Shown here one piece after another: positions 12,975-26,332 of a DNA stretch of 64,000 bases. The DNA is from the human T2T-CHM13v2.0 reference genome, Homo sapiens. Every line of letters starts with the position of its first letter. The first letter of the stretch is position 1. The notes under the pieces are model-generated. The model had not been told where the DNA came from. It saw only the letters and a program-made list of their open reading frames with translations, and ran no database searches. The DNA lies in assembly GCF_009914755.1 (NCBI RefSeq), contig NC_060927.1; one strand, written 5' to 3'. The position numbers and the translations under genes were made by a program.

Positions 12975-14180
12975 GTTAAAATTCATCCAAAACTTCTCAC
13001 AATACTCAGAGTAAAACCAAAATTGTCTAGTGGCCAAAAAAGCACTCCCTGATTGCCTGTCGTCCAGCTTTTCGCTCTGGGCTCATCGATCTCAGCCACA
13101 GTGGCCCCTTTGCTGTTCACTGAACAAGCCAGCCACTCCTTTCATCTGGTCCTCTCCCTGGGACATCTGCTTTCCAGAGATCCCATAGCATGTTCCCTCT
13201 GCTCATGTATATCTCAAATATTTATTCATAAGCCTACTTTGAATACACTTTTCTAGGTATTGCAGGGAAGGAGTAGGTGGTCAGTGAACACGTCTGTGAA
13301 AAGAGCAGAACAATTTCTGCCTTGCAGGAGCTTGTCTTCTAGTACACGGGGTGTGGGGGGCTGGAGGAGGAGGATGGAGATGTGATTAATTATCCGCCTC
13401 TGGAAGAGACAGATATTAACAAAATGAAAAATTTGTATAGCATTTTAGAAATGGATACACTTTATCAGTAAAATTAGTCAGGGACAAAAGAAAGATTCTG
13501 TAGGTATCGGGGTATAGAGGATATGTTAACGTTTTAGAAAAGTGCTTAGGAAAGGTCTTGTTGGGAAAGTGATAAGCAAAGAATAGAAAGAGGTAGTGAG
13601 ATGAGCTGTCTGAATGTCTAGAGGAATTGGATTCTGGGCGAAGGAAAAGCAAGTGCAGAGGCCCTTGGTCCAGGAGGTGCAGGTTTTAAGAACAGGTTGC
13701 TTCTGCAGCCTGTGAGTGAGGGGAGTAGGAGATGAAGTTACAGAGATGTGGGATAGGCAGATGTGCAGGGCTTTGTAGACCTTTCTAAGGGTTCTTGGTT
13801 TTTGCTCTGAATGATGTGGGAAGCTCTTCAAAGGTTTTGAGCAGAGAAGAGACATGATGTTCAAATATCACTTTCTCAGTGAGGCTCCCTGTCTACCTCA
13901 GACAAGCTCCAATCTCACCTTTCCTGGTCACTCCCCATTCTTGTTCCGTGATTTCTTTTTTCTTCATAACACTTATAAAAACCCAAGTTACAAGTTTTAC
14001 TCATTAATTTTATTTTATCTTATTTTTCTCTTGCTTCCTCTTCTCATGTTAGAATAGAAAATCCACAAGGGCAGAAACATGTTTGTTTGTTTGTTTTTCT
14101 ATTTCTTTCACTGACATATTCCCCAGCCCTATCCTTACATGCAAGGTGCTATGAATAGTGCGCTGTTGGATAGATAAACA
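12975..14180 (+). mobile_element. L2 3' region, split by an antisense L2
   Basis: Sense L2 motifs at 12975-13221 resume at 13861 (tcaaatatcactttctcagtgaggctccct) and run to the L2 tail near 14180. Confidence 0.6.
13215..13860 (-). mobile_element. L2 (antisense, nested)
   Basis: Reverse L2 tail caaatatttattcataagcctac, followed by gcaagtgcagaggccct...ggttttgagcagagaagagacatgat. Confidence 0.7.
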
Positions 14181-15719
14181 TCACACATAAAAGGTATTTG
14201 GTAAGTGCTAATAGAGACAGAGTAGATAAATGAGAGTGGAATTAGGGATACAATGAATGAATAACTTAAAAAAAATAGAGGGAACTTAAACTGTTTTGAT
14301 AGAGTGCCAAAAAATGTTGAGTAATATTTTCTCAACTCTTGGCAAACAGATACAAATACATATATACATGTCTAAATGAGAGAGTCTCTCAGAAAAAAAA
14401 AAAGAAAGAAAGAAAAACACTTTAAAGTTTATGCTCTGTTATAAACTTGATTCCCTCTGTTTCCCTTTTCATATCCGCCCCACTCTTGTGTTAAAGACAG
14501 AAGCCTCTCTGTTATGCAAAGTGAATCCTTTCTACCTTTCTTCAGGATGGTATTTCTTTCATCATTTTTAGGAACATTCCTTCATAGTTGGTGCCTTCTC
14601 TTTCCAGACCTCTCTCTTTTTGCTCTTGACTACATTGATACTTCTGTCTTTTCCATCTTAAAAACCAAAATGAAAGTAGGCAAAGAAGACAATTTTTGAC
14701 CCTGTAGATCCTCCTGAATGCTACTCTATTTCTTTTAGAACAAAGCTTTGAGGAGTGGCGTTAACTTTCTTCTTTCTTCATGGCAACTTCCAGTTCTCAT
14801 AATCATTTCTCAATTGGTTCATGCTCTTGTTATATACCTAACACTCTTTAGTGAAGATTATCATTCAGTTGTTAATTTTTTTGATAATTTAAAAGACATT
14901 TACATATATGTAATGTGCCATCACTCTGATAGACATTGGGAGTGCAAATTTGGCAGTAGGCAGTGTTTTCTTCGCCAATCTAGCACCATCTTCTTGGGCA
15001 TAAATTTATCCTCCCTTTTCTGGATGTCTATCAAAGTGAAATAAAAGATGCAGGCCTTTAAATAATAACTTGCAGAAAGAAAGAAAAAAGAAAAGCCTCT
15101 TTCTGCATAAAAACACAGTATTTATACTACAAAAAATATTGTTCCCCACAATGCAAATGACTGATTACCTATTGACATTTGATCCTGAGGCTGAAATAGT
15201 AATTCTTTCCTTTAAGATTTTTTTTTTTAGTCTCAGAGATCCAAAACTTCTTAACTTCACTTTAAGAAAAATCAGACCAAAGGGAAAGCTTGGCATCCAA
15301 AAGTGATGTTTGAGACAAAGAAAAAGAATCCTAGGGCAGGAATCAGGGAGCAAAATTCTTTAAAGGACTTGGGAACACATGGGAGAAAAGTGAATAATTT
15401 TTTTTTTTTTTTTTTTTTTACAGTAAGAAGCAACTCCCAAGCTCACTGTACTGAGAGTTGAGAATAAGAAAGGATGAAGTTCTGTCACATTCAGGAAAAA
15501 ATATATAGGGTGAACTGAGTGGTGCTTATAAGCCTTTTCCCATCCCCTAGGCAATATGGAGTTTGTCTAGCGAAGACTTGGACCAGAAGCGAAGAACTCT
15601 GCACATCAGTCTGAATCTGGGTGCTTGCTTTATTGGTTAACAAAGACAGGAGACTTGATTCTGTAAAGAACTGTACTCATGGCTTCTTCCTGTGTTAATG
15701 ACATGTAAGGAATAAGACA

Positions 15720-16620
15720 CTGCTTAAGCCCTTGAGGAACTATGGCCTACAGCCGAGGAACACTTCCCAATAAGCAGCTGCAACTAAATGAGACGATTGC
15801 TGTAATGATGTGTATGCCAAGTGCAGTAGAGAGAGAAGAGGCACCTAAGTTTGCCTTAGGGGTGTCAAGTGCAGTGTCACAGAGAGTGCAGCATTTGAGC
15901 TGAGAGTTTAAAATGTAAGAAGTTGGTTAGAATCCCAAGAGAGGAGCATCCCAGGCAGTGCATAGAGTCTGTATATTGGATGAAAATATCGGGGAGCAAG
16001 GTTTGTCCTGGATCTATACATAGTTCAATAATGTAGGATTCAAAATAGAAGTTAATCTTGTTTTAGTCCATTTTCTGTTGCTATAATGGAATACCCAAGG
16101 CTGGGTAATTTGTAGACAAAAAGAAATTCCTCACACTTCTGGAAGCTGGAAGTCCAATATTAAGCTGCAGACATCTGCTGAAGGCCTTCCAGCTGCATCA
16201 TCTCATGGCAGAAGGCAGAAGGACAAGAGCATGAGAGAACAAGAGTCAAACTCACAGCCACAAGCCCTTTAAAACGATCACTAGTCCATTTATGAGAGTG
16301 GAATCTTCATGGCGTCAACACCTCCCTAATTTAGGCCAAACCTCCAAATACTAGTGCACTGGGGACTACATTCCAAACATATCTGTTTTAGGGGACTTAT
16401 TCAGACCATAGCGGCAAAGGAAGGAGAGAGGAGGGCTATGTGGTTGGATCAGAAAACAAGACTTAGATGTTGAAAAGCTATTTTATGTCCCATCAAAGAG
16501 TTTACATTTTTATCCTGCAGGTGAATGGAAATCCACTGACACATTTTGAGAAGGGGAAGACCAGGTAAGATTTTCATGCAGAAAAGATGACTCTTTCTTG
16601 TGGCAGGAGAAACATAGAAA
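15720..16620 (-). mobile_element. L2 fragment interrupted by MST LTR
   Basis: atttgagctgagagtttaaaatgtaagaagttgg and aaagagtttacattttatcctgcagg...attttgagaaggggaaga are reverse L2 motifs. Confidence 0.5.
16059..16413 (-). mobile_element. MaLR solo LTR, MSTC/MSTD-like
   Basis: tgttttagtccattttctgttgctataa...ttattcagaccatagc. Confidence 0.85.
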
Positions 16621-16683
16621 CATAGACTATTTCTCAAACAGAATCTTTCTTGTAGCTTGAAGAAACAAAAAACATTTCTCAAG

Positions 16684-16872
16684 CAGTCTTCCATGAAATA
16701 CAGATCTTATGATTTTCCTCAGAGTAAGTATATTGTATTCAAATGCATTTGAGGAAAAACTTCACGCTCTATCTGCTTAGAAGTTTACAAGGCACATTAA
16801 ATATCTTAAAGTGTCTGTAGTAAAGAAAACTACGAAATCAATTTAACCTTGTGTTTCCCAAACTTATCTGAC
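16684..16872. mobile_element. hAT-Charlie DNA transposon fragment
   Basis: gcacattaaatatcttaaag...gtaaagaaa...ttaaccttgtgtttcccaaacttatctgac is the reverse of the element at 61698-62043. Confidence 0.45.
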
Positions 16873-16879
16873 ATATTTT

Positions 16880-17330
16880 TGGTCAATGTTCTTCATCACA
16901 AAAAGAAAAGTCACTCTAGCTGGTTTAAACAGAAAGGTAGTTATTGAAAAATATAAAACAGACAATTGACTCTTCAAGAGAGTCCAAGTGACAGAATGGT
17001 AAGCTCTACAGTGAGAAATAGTCCCAAGGAAAACCACAGGGCAGCTCTCCAGGAAAAGCACTGTTATCACTTCAGCCCATCACCTCAGTTCACACCAATA
17101 AGAATTGAGATGGCATGTCAGAAATTCTTCCACAGGTGCCCAGGCTAGACTGGCCGTTTCACTGCTAAGGTCTTCAAAAGGTTAACTCTGTATAATTTCA
17201 CTCTATTCCCCTTTAAGAGTAATTATATCAGTATATCTGACTGGAAGAGCCCAGGTAAATCTCAGCATTCTATCTGCAAGGGAGACTGAGAACTTGAATT
17301 CAGACTTTGACAGAGAAAGCAGGGGTCATT
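16880..17330 (-). mobile_element. Old MaLR LTR (MLT1K-N group)
   Basis: cactctagctggtttaaacagaaagg...tatctgactggaagagcccagg...ctgcaagggagactgagaa. Confidence 0.45.
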
Positions 17331-17951
17331 TTGAAGGCATGTAAAATATAGATGCTTTAAAACATGGTGAGTAGCCACAATACAATACATAAGAAACAGG
17401 GCTAAAGGGCCCCATTACTACCTACTGCCTATTTGTTAACTCACACCTTTTTGGAACAAATACCCTTTGTAAACACACTTTGAAAAGCATTGAATCAGAA
17501 GCAAGGTGCATGGTAAGAAGGCCATGGATACACCAAAACCGTTAAGTCTTTGTAGGTTCTGTAACTCAGCATTTTCACATAAAATTTTCCCATCCTGGTT
17601 GTATTTAGCCAAAAATATGATCATTGTAGCATTCTATTTTATATCAAATATCTAACAACTTCAACATTAGTTAAATACATACAGTAAAAGTGGAACAGAA
17701 GATAATTTTTGGTAGACAAGGAAAATTTTTAAATGATTCTTAGCTTTTAGGTTAAAGAAATATTTCTCTGTTGCCAGCCACTGGTGAAATTCTTAAGGGT
17801 TGTGAGGATAAGGAGTATAAATGAAATTTAAACGAGTACATTCCAAAAGATGCTGTTTTTGTACCTCACTTGCTTCTGTTTTCCCATACAAAGAGTATGT
17901 GAAATGCAAGAAAAAAAATTAGGTAAGAGCTGAGTTGTGAAAAAAGGAGAG

Positions 17952-18398
17952 TGTTTCCGTTTCTTGAGGCTGCCATGACAAATGATCACAAACTTGGTGG
18001 CTTACAGTAACAGTAATTTATTTTGTCACAGTTCTGAAGGATAGAAGTCTGAAGTCAAGGTGTTATCAGGGATTCAAGGAGGATTCATTTCTTGCATCAC
18101 TCGACTTCCGGTGGCTGCTAGCACTCCTTGATGTATGGCTTCATCCCTCCAGTCTCCACCTCTGTGGTCACACTGCCTCCTTTTCTTCTTTGTCTCAAGT
18201 CTCCCTCTGCCTTTTTCTTATAAAGACACTGATCCTTGGATTTAGGCCCCCCTTGGATGGTGTAGGATGATCTAATCTCAAAACATCTAACCTAATTACA
18301 TCTGCAAAGACCCTTTTTCCAAATAAGGTGACATGCATAGGTTCCAGAGATTCTGTTGTGGACATACCTTTTTGGGGGCCACCATTAAGTTCACTACA
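17952..18398 (-). mobile_element. MaLR solo LTR, MLT1C-like
   Basis: tgtttccgtttcttgaggctgccatgacaaatgatcacaaacttggtggctta...taattacatctgcaaagacccttttt...cactaca. Confidence 0.88.
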
Positions 18399-18504
18399 GG
18401 GCAGGAAAGTAAAAGCCATGATCACTAACTTTTGTCCTCAGCAGGGTCACCCCTACAGCAGGGGGTGGGGTGGGGCAAAGACTTCTCTAAAATTTTTTTG
18501 GGGG

Positions 18505-18540
18505 TGGGCTTTTTGGGTTCTCCAGAGAAACAGAACAAAT

Positions 18541-18587
<47 letters not shown>

Positions 18588-18982
18588 ATAAGGGGGAAGA
18601 GAGAGAGAACAGGAGAGAGTTTTTTTTGTGTGTTTTTTGGAATTGGCATTGTTTTATGTAATTGTGGAGGTGGAAGTTTAAATTTACGTGTTAGACTGGC
18701 GGGCTAAAAACCTAGAAAGAGTTACAGTCTGAGTCCACAGGACATCTACCGCAGACTTGCCTCTTGTTCAGGGGAGGTCAGTTTTTTTTCTAGCAAGGCT
18801 TTCAACTGATTGGATGAGGTCCTCTCACATTATGGAGGGTAATCTGCTTTACTGAAAGTCCACTGATTTAAAAATTAACCCCGTCTAAGAATACACCTCC
18901 ACTGAAACATCCAGAATAATGTCTGGCCAAATATCTGGGCATTGTGTCCCAGTTAAGTTGACACATGAAATTAACCATTAAA
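18505..18982 (-). mobile_element. ERVL solo LTR, MLT2C-like, containing a (TG)n tract at about 18545-18585
   Basis: gggttctccagagaaacagaac...ttcaactgattggatgagg...aagttgacacatgaaattaaccat. Confidence 0.85.
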
Positions 18983-19787
18983 GGTGGGGCAACTCTAAAA
19001 TAAATAGTCCCTTCTCCTTGCCTGGAAATTTCTGATGGCATACTTTCAAGCAGAGATTGAGGAAATGTGTGTTTTGACTAGGTAGGGGAGCCTGCAAGAC
19101 ACACTCCTTCCCTCCTCTTTCCCCTCATGATGTTTGCCTTAGGATGTCAGAATGTAGGAATATAACTTACATGGCTCATGTGAACCTGAGAGAGAAGGGC
19201 TAGAGCTGAAGTTACTCAGCCAAGTGATGGAGTATAAAACTACCTGGGGATTTAGCACTTGATGCTGACAGAAGCCAAAAAGAGATAGGCTGAAGATCTT
19301 TTAAAAGCTGGGGGAAACTGACATTATCCTTGCCAAGTGCACTATAGCATTGCAGATCAAGGACTTCCGATCAAATTAAATTTAGAGTACAGGTACCGGT
19401 CTTCCACTCACCAGTGCCAAGTTAAAGATGTAGCCAACAATGGGCTGCACCAGCACCAGGGACCAGACTGCAGAGGGATAGAGATGGCAGGAGTAAGCAG
19501 AGGAAGACGGTCTTGTCCCCAGCACACATTCATCTGCCGAGCATAACCTTCCCCTAGTACACAGACCCTATCTTAGAAAGGAAAAGCAACCTTGAATGTG
19601 ATAAAATTTTCATCCAAATAAGATTCCCTTTTCTTTCATTTTAAGATTAAGATTTTGCACCATCACTGAAAATTGAGGTTTCCTAATTAGATTGAGGTTG
19701 GTTTTTGAGATGTGTTAGCTCCTTAAATTTCAAATATCATAGAAAATTTTACCATAAAACATTTTGCTCCAGAATTATATTTAATTA

Positions 19788-20109
19788 TGTTGTAGGACTT
19801 TCTCCTTAAGGTCCTTGTCACACAACCATAAAACATTGGGCTCCCAGACACTTTGAAAGGTGAGAAGGGCAGGGTTCATTGGGTGAAAAGGAAAAAAAGT
19901 GAAACAGGGACTCTCAGTAAAACAAGAGTCCTGCTAACAGGCTTCCCACCACACGGATTGAATCCTAGGTACCACCTGGAACAGGGAGGCCAGGCTTCTC
20001 CCCACTGCAAGCGGCACGAACTTCCCAAGGCTCCACCCCAGTGCACAGTCCCCCAGTGTGCAGGGTGCTTGGAGCTTCTCCAGTGACCCCTTTATACTTG
20101 GCTGTCTGA
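19788..20109 (-). mobile_element. ERV1 solo LTR, MER61-like
   Basis: Reverse strand begins tcagacagccaagtataaaggggtc; 4-bp TSD atta at 19784-19787 and 20110-20113. Confidence 0.88.
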
Positions 20110-20139
20110 ATTACATGAAAAAATATTTACTATATATTA

Positions 20140-20395
20140 TTCAATAAAAAATGGCAAGTTATAAAATAGCATATACAATAGGGCAACATGTTTCTATTAT
20201 TAAAATATTGTTATAAGTATTACATAATATATGCAAATAATATGTACAATAATATGAAGTATGCATTAAAGGGCTGAAAAGACAGTTCAAAAAGCTAGCA
20301 GAGCTCATCTCTGGAGTGCAACTGAGGTTGATTTTTATTTTCCATTTTTAGTTTATCTGTATTTTATAGATTTTCTACATGAACTTCTCCTTGGT
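20140..20395 (+). mobile_element. L1ME 3' UTR fragment
   Basis: aaggctgaaaagacag...catctctggag...tttatctgtattttatagattttctacatgaac. Confidence 0.5.
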
Positions 20396-22309
20396 AGTAA
20401 GAGCAAAAAAAAAAAAGAAAAAAAAAAAGGAAAATTATTGCCCCCTGCAAATGCCTGGGTGGAATTAAATTGACACCTAACTTTCATATTTAGTCTCTTT
20501 TGAGTTTGTTACATATAAATATATCTTTGAATCTGATCACTACTTGTGGATTGGTAAAATCCATTCTCTAGATATGATCAACTATTTTCTAAAGCGTCTC
20601 CTGATGATGAGTATACTAAACACCTGCACCTCACAGAAAGAAAGACAACCAGAGGAAACAATTTTCAAATCCTATTTTTAAGTTTCAGCTTTACCTGTCT
20701 TAACAACCATACAGATTCTCACTGTGCACCACAAGGCTTTGCCTCCTAGGAAGTTGGGTTTCAAGATTGCTGAACTGTATTTTTTAAAAGGATTTTTCCA
20801 ATGCCTAAAATTGTCTCTCTCGTTTTTTAACAGTACTATTTTTAAGCTGTTCAAATATTTGATTTAGCATACTTTCATGTATGTTTTATTTTCATAGCTG
20901 TTTCCTTTATTAATGGGTATTGCTTTTTTTTTTTCCATTTTATCTTAAGCTTCAGTTAAGGACACAGCTGTATGATCTATTGTTCCTAGGAATGACTTCA
21001 AATTTTCTCATTACTGCAAGACATTAAGTTGCCAAGATATGATTTACTTTAGTAAGTGCCTTTTATGTCATCTACGTTGGAGAGTTTTTGTGACTGTTAT
21101 TTAAATTTCATTTTCCTGGCAATCTGTCTCAGTGTTAAAAAACAAAGGAGAGACTCTACGTTGGAATCGACTAAGCAGCCTAAAACATTGATAACTCGTT
21201 AGGCAGACACCACCAGGACAGACCGCACACCACGTGAACCGAGAGCAGCCACCTGGAAAAGCCGAGGCGAGAGGTGCTCCTTGGCACTGCCTTTCCAAAT
21301 GTGTTCCTATCAGCTGCACACATTTCTGAGTATGTGGAGGCAAAGAGAAGACTACAGAAGTGGAAAATTGGAAGGTGGAAAAAAAATCCCCTCAGGCAAA
21401 GATTTAAAGTTAATTTTAAAGAAAGTTTAGGTGGAGGATGCTTGCTGGAGTTTGATAAAGGTAAAAAGTAAAAGAGAAGGCTTCTGTTGTGATGCTGGGA
21501 ACTGTGTTGAATTGACTGATAAGAAAATAAAATTGTGTAAACAAATTTAAGGCGATGATGAAGGAGTTCAGTCGTGCCGAGGAGTTGCTTAGCAAGGCTC
21601 AGAAGGCTGTCACCATATCTATCGGAGAATGTGACATTTTACATTTTGTACCTAATGTATGATATTTGGAGCAAAAAATTAGGTAGATAGAAATGGTCTT
21701 ATTTAAATCATTGCTGCACTGGGTGGCAAAACATTTCAATATAATGCATTAAGCAAGAATGAATAATTTAAAATATTGGGCTAAAACAAATGTTTCAGGG
21801 AAGCAAAATAACATACTTTATATATAAAGTATTACTTTAAAAGTTACTAAGATCATTTTAATAGTCATATTTTATTTGCTGATAATGTCTAAGGCCATTA
21901 TTTTTATTCCTTTGATTGATAGTGTGCACTTACTTTTGAGACCTCCAGGGACACGTAAATTGCAAAATCCTAAATGATTTAAACAATGGCATAACAACAA
22001 TGGCACTTAAGGACTGTGTTAGCACCACCACATCACTGTTACTCATATCAGCAGAGTTTAGGTATATTAACTCAAAATAATGTTGTTGAATTATTCCCAT
22101 TCTTGCCATCATGTATATTCCTGTTCAATGGCGGTGACCTATAAAATCCATTTAATTGTAAAGAATAAAGCTCGTAAAGTATGCTTTCTAGAAAGATTTC
22201 TGATAATAATTTACAGCTAGTCTCAGTTATTTTTTCCTCTAATGATATCATCCACAGAAATTGCCTTTGTTTAAAAACAAACAAACAAAAAAGGCAAGAT
22301 AGTATTGCT

Positions 22310-22490
22310 GTATTATGCACCTTACATAACAATCTTATCATGTAGGACTATTACGACATTAGTTTTTATGAAGGAAGTAAATCAAGGCATAAAAATGTTA
22401 GATAATTTTTTCCAGTATCAGTTAATAGCATACGACTGGACCACAATTCTCCAGCAAGGCTCAAACCCAAGGTATCTTGGCTTAGTTTTG
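22310..22490 (-). mobile_element. MIR fragment
   Basis: cataacaatcttatcatgtagg...tttttatgaaggaagtaaatcaaggc...ggctcaaacccaagg. Confidence 0.5.
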
Positions 22491-25400
22491 AAACAAAGGA
22501 GAAATGCTTCTCTTTTCATTTCAGGTTTATTCAATGTATTTTGTTGTGATTTTCAAAGCCAATAATAAAAACTATAAAGTTTTCATTGCTGCTGTTCATG
22601 GCATGAGTTATTAATTGCCAAACACCAAAATATTGAGAAATTTTGTACTTTGGACCACATTTTTCAACTTTTTATTTGTATTTTCCTTCTTTTCTGTTGG
22701 CCAAGAGAGAACAATATAACAAAAAAAAAAAAATGAGGCAGAAAATTAGGAAAAATTTCCTAAAGCAGGAAATGGAGAAGTGTAGGCAACTAAGATATAC
22801 TGCACTTAAAATAGCCAGATGTCCTGGCAGGTGACAGTTTGGTAGCAGTTGCCCATGAAGCCATTAGCATGAGGAAGATCTCATGGAAAGTATTGCAATC
22901 CCAGCCAAATGGTATTCAGAGGTTTGTGCTTGATCTTTACAAATAACATGTAAGAGTAGTGTAATTGAACAGAAAACGAAAGCAAATTAAATACTGGCAT
23001 CCATTGAATAAGAACCTGAGATTTGTAGTATGGACTTATTTGAAAGAGGAACAAGATGTGAAAATAAAAATTAATCCTGATGATGATAAGACTGAAATAT
23101 TCCTAAAGGAACATCAACAGTTTTCCAATAGATCAGGGACAAAGTTAACAGAAAACCATATTTCTAACAGAATTGTACCCACAGCCATACCTCACCTTTA
23201 AAATTACTAATAATCTTTTTTTCAGAGTGATTGCTACTTTCTTAGTGATGACATACCCAGCCCTATGTCATTTCTCCCACCACTTGAAAAAAGATTATTG
23301 AAATAGATAATTGCAGAACCATTGCGCTTCTCCCACTTCTGCGTTCCTCTTGGAATCAGCCAGCACAAGCCAAACCCTGTAAGAGGTCCTCTTCTCCCCA
23401 TCTCCTTCCAAGTTGCCCCACAGTGGCTCTGCTGTGTGTTATCCTTGCTTCAGGAAACTAATGAGCCCTCCTTTATTTCACTACGTTTGTGCTCCTGGTC
23501 ACCTTTGGTCAATGGGCTTTAATAAAAAAAGAGACCAGTTCTTAGAACAAACATGCTTGAACAAAGTAGATTTTCTGCTGCCATGAAACTGGCATATGGT
23601 AAATCTGACTAGACTCAGATTTTGGTCTAAAATCTTGAGAAGAGCTAATTAATAAAGTTAACTGGCCCTAGCTATAATGTTCAGAAAGCTCAAAGGCTAG
23701 AAGTGAAGAAGATAAATATAGACAAAAATTAAATATACCATAGTTCTCTAATTTTGTTTTTAAGGCTAGAATTACATATCCTTGAGATTGTTGATCTTTT
23801 AGGTAATACAGTATGGGAATCAGACACTTACTATGTTTGTTTGATTATTTAATCCTAATGTCAATTTGCAATGTATGTATTTAAAAAGACCTTGGTGTTT
23901 TCTATGTTAATGGCTTTTAAGTTTTGTCTTTGTTTTATTCTACAAAAGGAATTTCTGTGCCTATAAATATTACCTGAACTATTCAATCCTCATCCTAAGG
24001 ACGTTTATATTTGCTATGAGTTTTTTAAAGCTAGGCTTTCATCTACTGTTTAGGGTTATTTTGAAGACAGTACAAGCAGAAGAGATGCATTGTTTTACTC
24101 CGCAAATTTCATTTTGAAGCATAAATATTCTACAACATTTTAAACCTAGAATGTAATCTACTACAAAGTTTAGTCTTAAGGATTTTTCTAAGCCTCCCTT
24201 TTTGTTTACCAAAAAAAAAACTGAAAAGAAAAGAAAAAACAGTACCTAAACCTCATTATAAATTCCTGACTGTGCAGTAAAGGTGCAGCTGTTAGCTATT
24301 CATCACTTAAACTTCGCTTTGTTTCTATTGACAGATCATTTTAATAACCACAATTCTCCAGTTGATGTAAAGTATTCCATATTTTTGTGCTTGTGCAATT
24401 TATTATTTGACTGCCTAAAATAGGAAGTTTTATTTTCTGCACTCCTTCTTGGTAATTCTTCTTCCTTGCAGTACATTTCTTTTTTCTCTTTAAAGTGCAC
24501 TTGAATAACAATGATTGCCTTTTCAAAAAAAAATTTAGTCTGCCATTTTAGCGAGACTTGACAGATAATATGAAGCTATTTAAATAGAAGATAGAGTCAT
24601 GTGACCTACCATACTTGGTTTCTATTTTCTATGTTGGTTGGCTGTAATTTTGATCTTTTCTGTCTGATTTTATAGAATGTTTGAGCTAAGTAATTTTTGT
24701 AAAAAGATGAAAAAACGAACACAGAAATCAGGGACAATGTCTAGTGTTGTATAGGATGGAAAAACTAATGTGTGCCCATTTGATTCCGTTTACCACTTTT
24801 CAGTTGTCCCTACTCACTCCCAAACTCTCTATCCTTTTTGCTTAACAAAAGGTGACAAACAGTGCTAATTCTTTTGGTCATGGTTGGTCTAAGAATCAAT
24901 ACAGCAATGATATTATTTTTAACAGTAAAGCACCTCTTCCATATTGTTCTCTAAGTTAATGAAGTGACAAAATCTAAAGAAAATACACTCTGGTTTCATT
25001 TATGACAACGAATAAGACTTGGGTTGTCAACTTTTTCACTTTATGTGTTGAGCTATGAAGCTGAAAAGTACTTAACGCATGAAATAAGAAATCATAATGC
25101 TTTACAGAGATGTGCTGTAGCATGCCTCTTTCATGCTGTTAACTAGCTGAGTGGAAACTGGTTAGAGAACAACCTGATAAAGCTTATATTTTTAGTCTGA
25201 GGAAAAAATAAATGATAGCTCAAAAGACTCTTTGCATTGCCCTTGATGATTTTGTTCTTCATTGCATTTCCTTATGTCTTGCTAAAGGCTACAATATACC
25301 AAGAATGAGAGCTAGTGAAGTGGAAGTAAGTCAGCTTTGAAGCTAAGTGGCCAGACTGCCTCCCTCAGGCAAAAATACCTCCTTATGATAAAACAGAATT

Positions 25401-26332
25401 CCTTTATAATGGGCCTGGTGAACTTCTAAGAGATTATCTAAGTGTCAGGACCAGTTTAGAATGAACTTAGGATGCCATTTTGAAGGAGGAAAAGACCACG
25501 TTTGTTCAAGTAAGCCTTAAAAATAAGACTCAAGTTTACTTTTCTTTTTCCCCCTGCAGGGCAAGGCAGGATGAAGCTAGGGATATGGAAAACCTATAAT
25601 CAGCATCAGAGAAAGAGGTCATGACCACAAATTGTTGCAATTTAAGAAAGAATTTGGGGAGCTAATATGTCTGGCTTTACGAAATTCAGGTTCAGTATAA
25701 AATTCCCTGCCTTTTAATATCAAATCACTATGGATTTGAAGTTGCATCCTCTAAACTGAATCTTATTCTACTTCTCAGCTTCTCTTCCTAAGATACCCAA
25801 AACTCAGTAGAGTTAATTTTGAGTGAATCAGTCCTGGTTATTGTCATTGGAAAGTCTTGCCAGTCTGACGACATTAGCCACAGTAGACTATTGTCAAGAT
25901 GTGGGCAGACTATGTGTTTGCTAATCATGTCTCTTTACTCCGTCATAATTCCTCAGGGCACAAGATTAATAATTGAAAATCAACTGCATACTTTGCTGGC
26001 TCTTTGCTATTTTTTTCAATGTATAGTATGAGTCCCCTCCATTCACAGAGACTTTCATTCTGTGAGCAGGGTAAACCATTAGTGGAATGGGAATTTCACA
26101 AAAAATTCTGTTATTTTTCCCAAATAATCTATGGTATAAGCCATCAACATTCCAGCTTACTTCCTTATTTATTTCAAGAAAAGATTTCATCATTTACAAG
26201 GTTATTGTGTGGATATAGATAAATCCAAATTCACATAACTATGCCAAACCCCTTAATAGTCCCATTCCAAATTAAAAAACTTGAAGTTCTCTTTCTGAAT
26301 GAAAAGTGGGTATCACCTTATATGTATGCAAC

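Noticed and set aside
21203-21226. REST/RE1 site (cagacaccaccaggacagacc)
   Set aside because: The right half GGACAG is present, but the left half and spacing deviate from TCAGCACC-NN-GGACAG.
21555-21640. C/D box snoRNA (ATGATGA on plus; ATGGTGA...CTGA...CTGA on minus)
   Set aside because: The plus strand lacks a suitably placed CTGA; the minus candidate spans only about 49 nt with an imperfect C box.
23300-23525. Possible old ERVL LTR (LTR40/50-like) end
   Set aside because: Only a faint terminal resemblance; not enough to call.
22440-24361. 15-mer accacaattctccag present twice (22440, 24347)
   Set aside because: A few 15-mer matches are expected by chance in 64 kb and the flanks are unrelated.
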